Shown piece after piece: positions 62,222 to 64,000 of a stretch of DNA of 64,000 nt. A model generated the notes under the pieces. It searched no databases. It saw only the letters and a list, made by a program, of their open reading frames with translations, and was not told the DNA's origin. Position 1 is the stretch's first letter. Each line of letters opens with the position of its first letter. The stretch comes from Squalus acanthias (Eukaryota): contig CM059432.1 of the NCBI GenBank assembly GCA_030390025.1, positions 310,001 to 374,000 of the forward strand, written 5' to 3'. The position numbers were made by a program, and so were the translations under genes.

Positions 62222-64000
62222 ATGAAGATAACCATAGCCAGCCTCAACATCAACGGCAGCAGAGAGGCACGCCGTAGATTTAATAACTTCTCGGTCCTTC
62301 GGGAAGGGAGGCATGCGGTGTGCTTCCTGCAGGAAACTCACACCGTTCCGGGAGACGAGGCCACGTGGCTCCTGGAGTGGCGAGGAGGGGTCAGCATGAG
62401 TCACCTCTCCAACGTTTCCGGTGGGGTGGCTATCTTGCTGGCCCCGCATTTTCAGCCGGAGATCTTGGGGGTCAAGGAGCATGTGCCGGGCCGCTTGCTC
62501 CAGGTCACTGTTCGTCTGGGGGGCGTGCCGCTCCATTTAGTGAACGTGTACGCCCCCCAGCCCGGTGCGCAGCAAGTGCGCTTCTTCGATGAAGTGTCCG
62601 CTCTTCTGGGCACCGTCGACGTCGGCGAGTGCATCATCCTCGGGGGGGATTTTAATTGTACCCTCGAGGCGAGGGACCGTTCGGGCCCTTCGCGAAGCCT
62701 GACGGCGACGGTGAAGTTGAGGGACCTGGTCGGGTCCTTCGACTTGGTGGACGTCTGGCGAAATCTCCATCCCGACTCCAGCGCCTTCACTTGGGTGGGG
62801 TCTGGAGGAGGAAGGTCCAGAATCGACCGCCTTTACATTTCCCGGGCGTACGTCTCCTGCGTTCCGGCGGCTTCCATGCGGCCGGTGCCGTGCACGGACC
62901 ACCACCTGGTGTGGGCGGAGCTCGCTCCGTTGCAGGCGCCGGGGGGGTCCGCGTACTGGCATTTTAACAACCTGCTGCTGGAGGACGTGCGGTTCCGGGA
63001 TTCGTTTCGCCGGTTCTGGGCCGACTGGAGAAGGAAGCAGGGGGGCTTCCCCTCCTTGAGGCTATGGTGGGACGTGGGCAAGGCTCACGTCCGTCTCTTC
63101 TGTCAGGAGTACGCGAAGGGGTCGACCAAGAGGCGGGAGGCCCGGGTCGGGCGATTGGAGAAAGAAGTGCTCGACCTGGAGTCCCGTCTCGGTCAAGTCG
63201 TCGAAGACCCGGCCCTGCGGAAGGTGTACGAAGAGAAGAAGGGCGCGCTGAAGGACCTGCAGCTGGTCGGGTCCCGAGGCGCGTACGTGAGGTCGCGAAT
63301 CCAGTTCCTGCGGGACCTGGACCGCGGCTCCCCCTTCTTCTACTCGCTGGAAAAAAGACGAGGGGTCCGTAAGCAGCTCTTGGGGCTGCTGGCCGACGAC
63401 GGATCTCTGGTCTCGGATCCGGAGGGGATCAGCGCGGGGACCCGGGCCTATTACGGGGCTCTGTTCTCTCCGGATCCGTCCAGCGAGGATGCGCGCAGAG
63501 TTTTGTGGGAGGACCTGCCGAAGGTCGGCCCGGAGGGCGCCGAAGAATTGGACGCTCCGCTAAGTTTGGCGGAGCTGACCGGCGCCCTGCGCCAGCTCTC
63601 GAGGGGAAAGTCCCCGGGGCTGGACGGGCTGACCGTGGAGTTCCACAGGGCGTTCTGGGGGGCGACTACGCGCGGGTCCTGGGGGAAAGTCTGGCGACCG
63701 GGGAGATGCCCCTCTCTTGGCGCAGGGCGGTTATCGTCCTGCTGCCCAAGAGGGGTGATCTCCGCCTTTTAAAAAACTGGCGCCCGGTCTCCCTCCTCAG
63801 CACGGACTATAAAATTTTTGCCAGGGCCATGTCTGCCCGCCTCGGCACCGTGCTGGCCCACATGATCCACCCCGACCAGTCCTACACGGTCCCGGGCCGG
63901 ACAATCCACGACAACATCCATCTGGTCCGGGACCTGGTCCACCTTTCCCAGAGGACTGGTCTGTCGGTCGCCTTCCTTTCCCTGGATCAGGAGAAGGCGT
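62222..64000 (+). CDS. Tx1 ORF2 (APE endonuclease and start of RT), frameshift near 63660, truncated by the window end
   Basis: MKITIASLNING, FLQETH, NVYAP, GGDFN, SRIDRLY, TDH and KSPGLDGL; after the shift LLPKRGD, KNWRPVSLLSTDYKI and SLDQEKA. Confidence 0.88.

Larger units (their letters stand above)
59006..64000 (+). mobile_element. Tx1-type L1-group non-LTR retrotransposon, 5' end apparently present, runs off the window
   Basis: About 1.1 kb of 5' UTR, a CCHC ORF1 and an APE-RT ORF2; CpG-rich. Confidence 0.9.

Overview
Eukaryotic, repeat-saturated vertebrate DNA, most likely an elasmobranch (shark or ray). This is inferred from an HE1/V-SINE-type copy, DeuSINE-type SINEs and dense CR1 LINEs. 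The only host gene is a divergent 376-aa cytoplasmic-type actin on the minus strand (CDS 56200-56075 joined to 54075-53071), with a TATA promoter, a non-coding first exon and only one coding intron. The rest is nested transposable elements: many CR1 copies; a Zenon-like CR1-group LINE with no visible ORF1 plus a tRNA-headed SINE built from its two ends; three PIF/Harbinger elements (two with TIRs, 3-bp TSDs, a DDE transposase and a 3-exon Myb/SANT partner) plus a Harbinger-type MITE; Penelope-like inverted fragments carrying hammerhead motifs; a fragmented Ty3/Gypsy element whose 5' LTR is split by a small inversion; a 1.7-kb candidate solo LTR; and a young Tx1-type L1 abutting a 2-kb (CA)n tract. 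Large tandem arrays are a 9-bp polypyrimidine array inside a deleted Harbinger, two 33-bp minisatellites that grew from a hairpin inside a DeuSINE-type SINE, and the (CA)n tract. All family assignments come from motif recognition by eye, not from database searches. TE boundaries without a TSD are approximate.
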